This document shows, piece after piece, positions 62,225 to 64,000 of a DNA stretch of 64,000 nt. The notes under the pieces were generated by a model. It did no database searches. It was not told the origin of the DNA and saw nothing but the letters and a program-made list of their open reading frames with translations. The stretch's first letter is position 1. Every line of letters begins with the position of its first letter. Made by a program: the position numbers and the translations under genes. The DNA lies in the NCBI GenBank assembly GCA_001662655.1, contig KV460226.1; one strand, 5' to 3'. This DNA is from Pseudogymnoascus verrucosus. Lineage: Eukaryota.

Positions 62225-64000
62225 CTAGCAACTTGATCCGCCCTCGAGGCTCAACTTCCCAATCCCAGCTGTGACGCCCTCTTTGGCCAAATTGCCTGGG
62301 AGGCGTTTCCGACGACAGGAGTTTGTGGGCAGCGAGCGGATTTTGCGGTCAGTGATCTGCCCCAATTTCCAAACGAGGACTCGAATACGCTCGTCCCTGC
62401 TCAGTTGGAAATGGTTCACAGTTTCCAATATCCGGCTGGCGTTTTTGACGTTTGGAACCCCCGAGGTTACATATTTTGTGTCTATACCTCCTGGCCAAGC
62501 AAATAAGGGGCATGTGATGGGACCTCTGTATTTCACTAAGCTGTCCAGCTTAGCTATTGTTTCGCTCTCGCTCTTGCTCCATTCCTGGGTAGAAATGCTT
62601 TGGGCTAGGTATTCCCCTCCCTTGTAGAACGGACGATGGTAGCGCACGTTGAACAAGGGATATGTGCTGATTAAAGCTTTGATCTCCCTATATCGTTTAT
62701 AGTCATCACACCAGAACCTGTGAACTTCGACCTCGTGGCAATCGGGATAGTCGATGTCTAGAAAGTCTTTGTATAGTGTCGCAGTTCCCATGATCTGATT
62801 AGCCCGATGGTCGACTCCACATCTTAGATGTTCAGGGCCATGTTCTCTAGTTCCTTTGATGACATTGCGAAGAAAGTTGTTTAGCCCCAGGTCACTTGCC
62901 GTGTCATGAGGAAACAGCCCGCTATCAAAGTATTGTTTTGCTTCTTTCTGAAGTACGAAAAGATCTTGATCATAGCACCAGGAAGAAGCTATTGTTTCGG
63001 CTGACTCTGACTCTGTCTCGTTTCGGACTGGAGCTTCTGTTACCTGTTTATGTCGGCGTCAAATCAAGAACATGGAAATATAGACTTACCTTGAAAGGTA
63101 TCAAGATCCCGATCTTCTCTGCCGCCTGAGTATCATCCCACCCCTGACTGTGAATACAGGAAGCAATATACCAGTTCCCTTTTTCATACCCCTCACCCTC
63201 ACCCTGATAATCACGATGATCGAAAAGGTGATAAGATTCGACAAGTTTACACAGTTGATACCAACGATGAGTGCCAATACCTGCTCCAATCTCGACTTCG
63301 ACGTCTTCGCAATTTTTCGTAGAAAGGTGCCAAAGATCCTTATACTTCGTCGCCATTTTCATGAGCTTGAGGCGATAGTCGATTTGGCGTTGCAGGAGTT
63401 CAAGCTCGATAAAGTTAGGTGTCAACGTGCCCTTGGTGATACCGCGAAGCTTCTTGTGCAGCGCTCGGTTCCTTATCTTGTAGTCTAAGCCAGGGAAGCT
63501 GTTGAAATAAACCTTTGCCTCATTCTTAACCGCAGTCAAAAGCTCATCGTAGCCGGAGGTTGCATCCTTCAACAGGCACCATCTTCGATGGAATTCGCTA
63601 ATATGGATGCCTATCCGCTCTGAATACTCAGTCTCCCACTCATCGTCGCCAGAGAACAGAGACATGTCCTTAGACTCCTCCTTCTCGAGAATGCCTTCGA
63701 TAACGCTCGACAGCCTTTCTTCATGCTCCTCAAAATCAGGATCTTTATCCCCATCGTTTTCTACAGTCTCATAACCTTCGAGGTGGAGCCTCAAAAGCAT
63801 ATCAACTATTCGATGAGAGAATTCTGGTCCACATGGACGCTTGTTATTGGTTCCGCTAATTGGCCATGCCATAGACTCGAGATATTTTCCTTGAGAAGCG
63901 ACAGGGGCGACATTCATATCAGGATTGATAGCCCACGCACCAGTGCGGTATTCAGTGGCCAGTAAACACAGCCCTGCTTCCGGTGCCTGAGATCCAATTG
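62225..64000 (-). CDS. Hypothetical protein with an internally duplicated ~160-aa domain; 5' end outside the window; intron 63044-63089
   Basis: ORFs 63048-63917 and 62225-62791 join in frame via the 46-nt intron and an 84-codon open stretch. Confidence 0.75.

Overview
Intron-containing genomic DNA of a filamentous ascomycete; composition and gene style suggest a Leotiomycete such as Pseudogymnoascus (inference, not verified). Two blocks of mostly conserved genes flank a compositionally distinct accessory region. Left block: Zn2Cys6 TF, MRPL24, SNU66, glucoamylase, PITH protein, initiator tRNA-Met, PTC2, PCT1. Right block: two F-box paralogs, Tctex-1, VTC1, Alba-like protein, AHC1, PAB2, RSP5. 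The accessory region (~18.4-39.3 kb) holds an alpha/beta hydrolase, a Caps_synth-type glycosyltransferase, a repeat-flanked NmrA gene, an atypical LDH, two small secreted Cys-rich proteins (one missed by the ORF track), a glutaminyl-tRNA synthetase pseudogene with three lesions, a SnoaL-like cyclase, a 5S rRNA gene broken after ~49 nt (possible scar of a 5S-targeting element), a P450 and a head-to-head pair of orphan genes. Other notable signals are a perfect 67-bp promoter duplication that doubles an AmyR-type site upstream of glucoamylase, a phased ~33-bp motif array, and a hairpin-dense candidate structured RNA between AHC1 and PAB2. All assignments come from reading the sequence; no searches were run.
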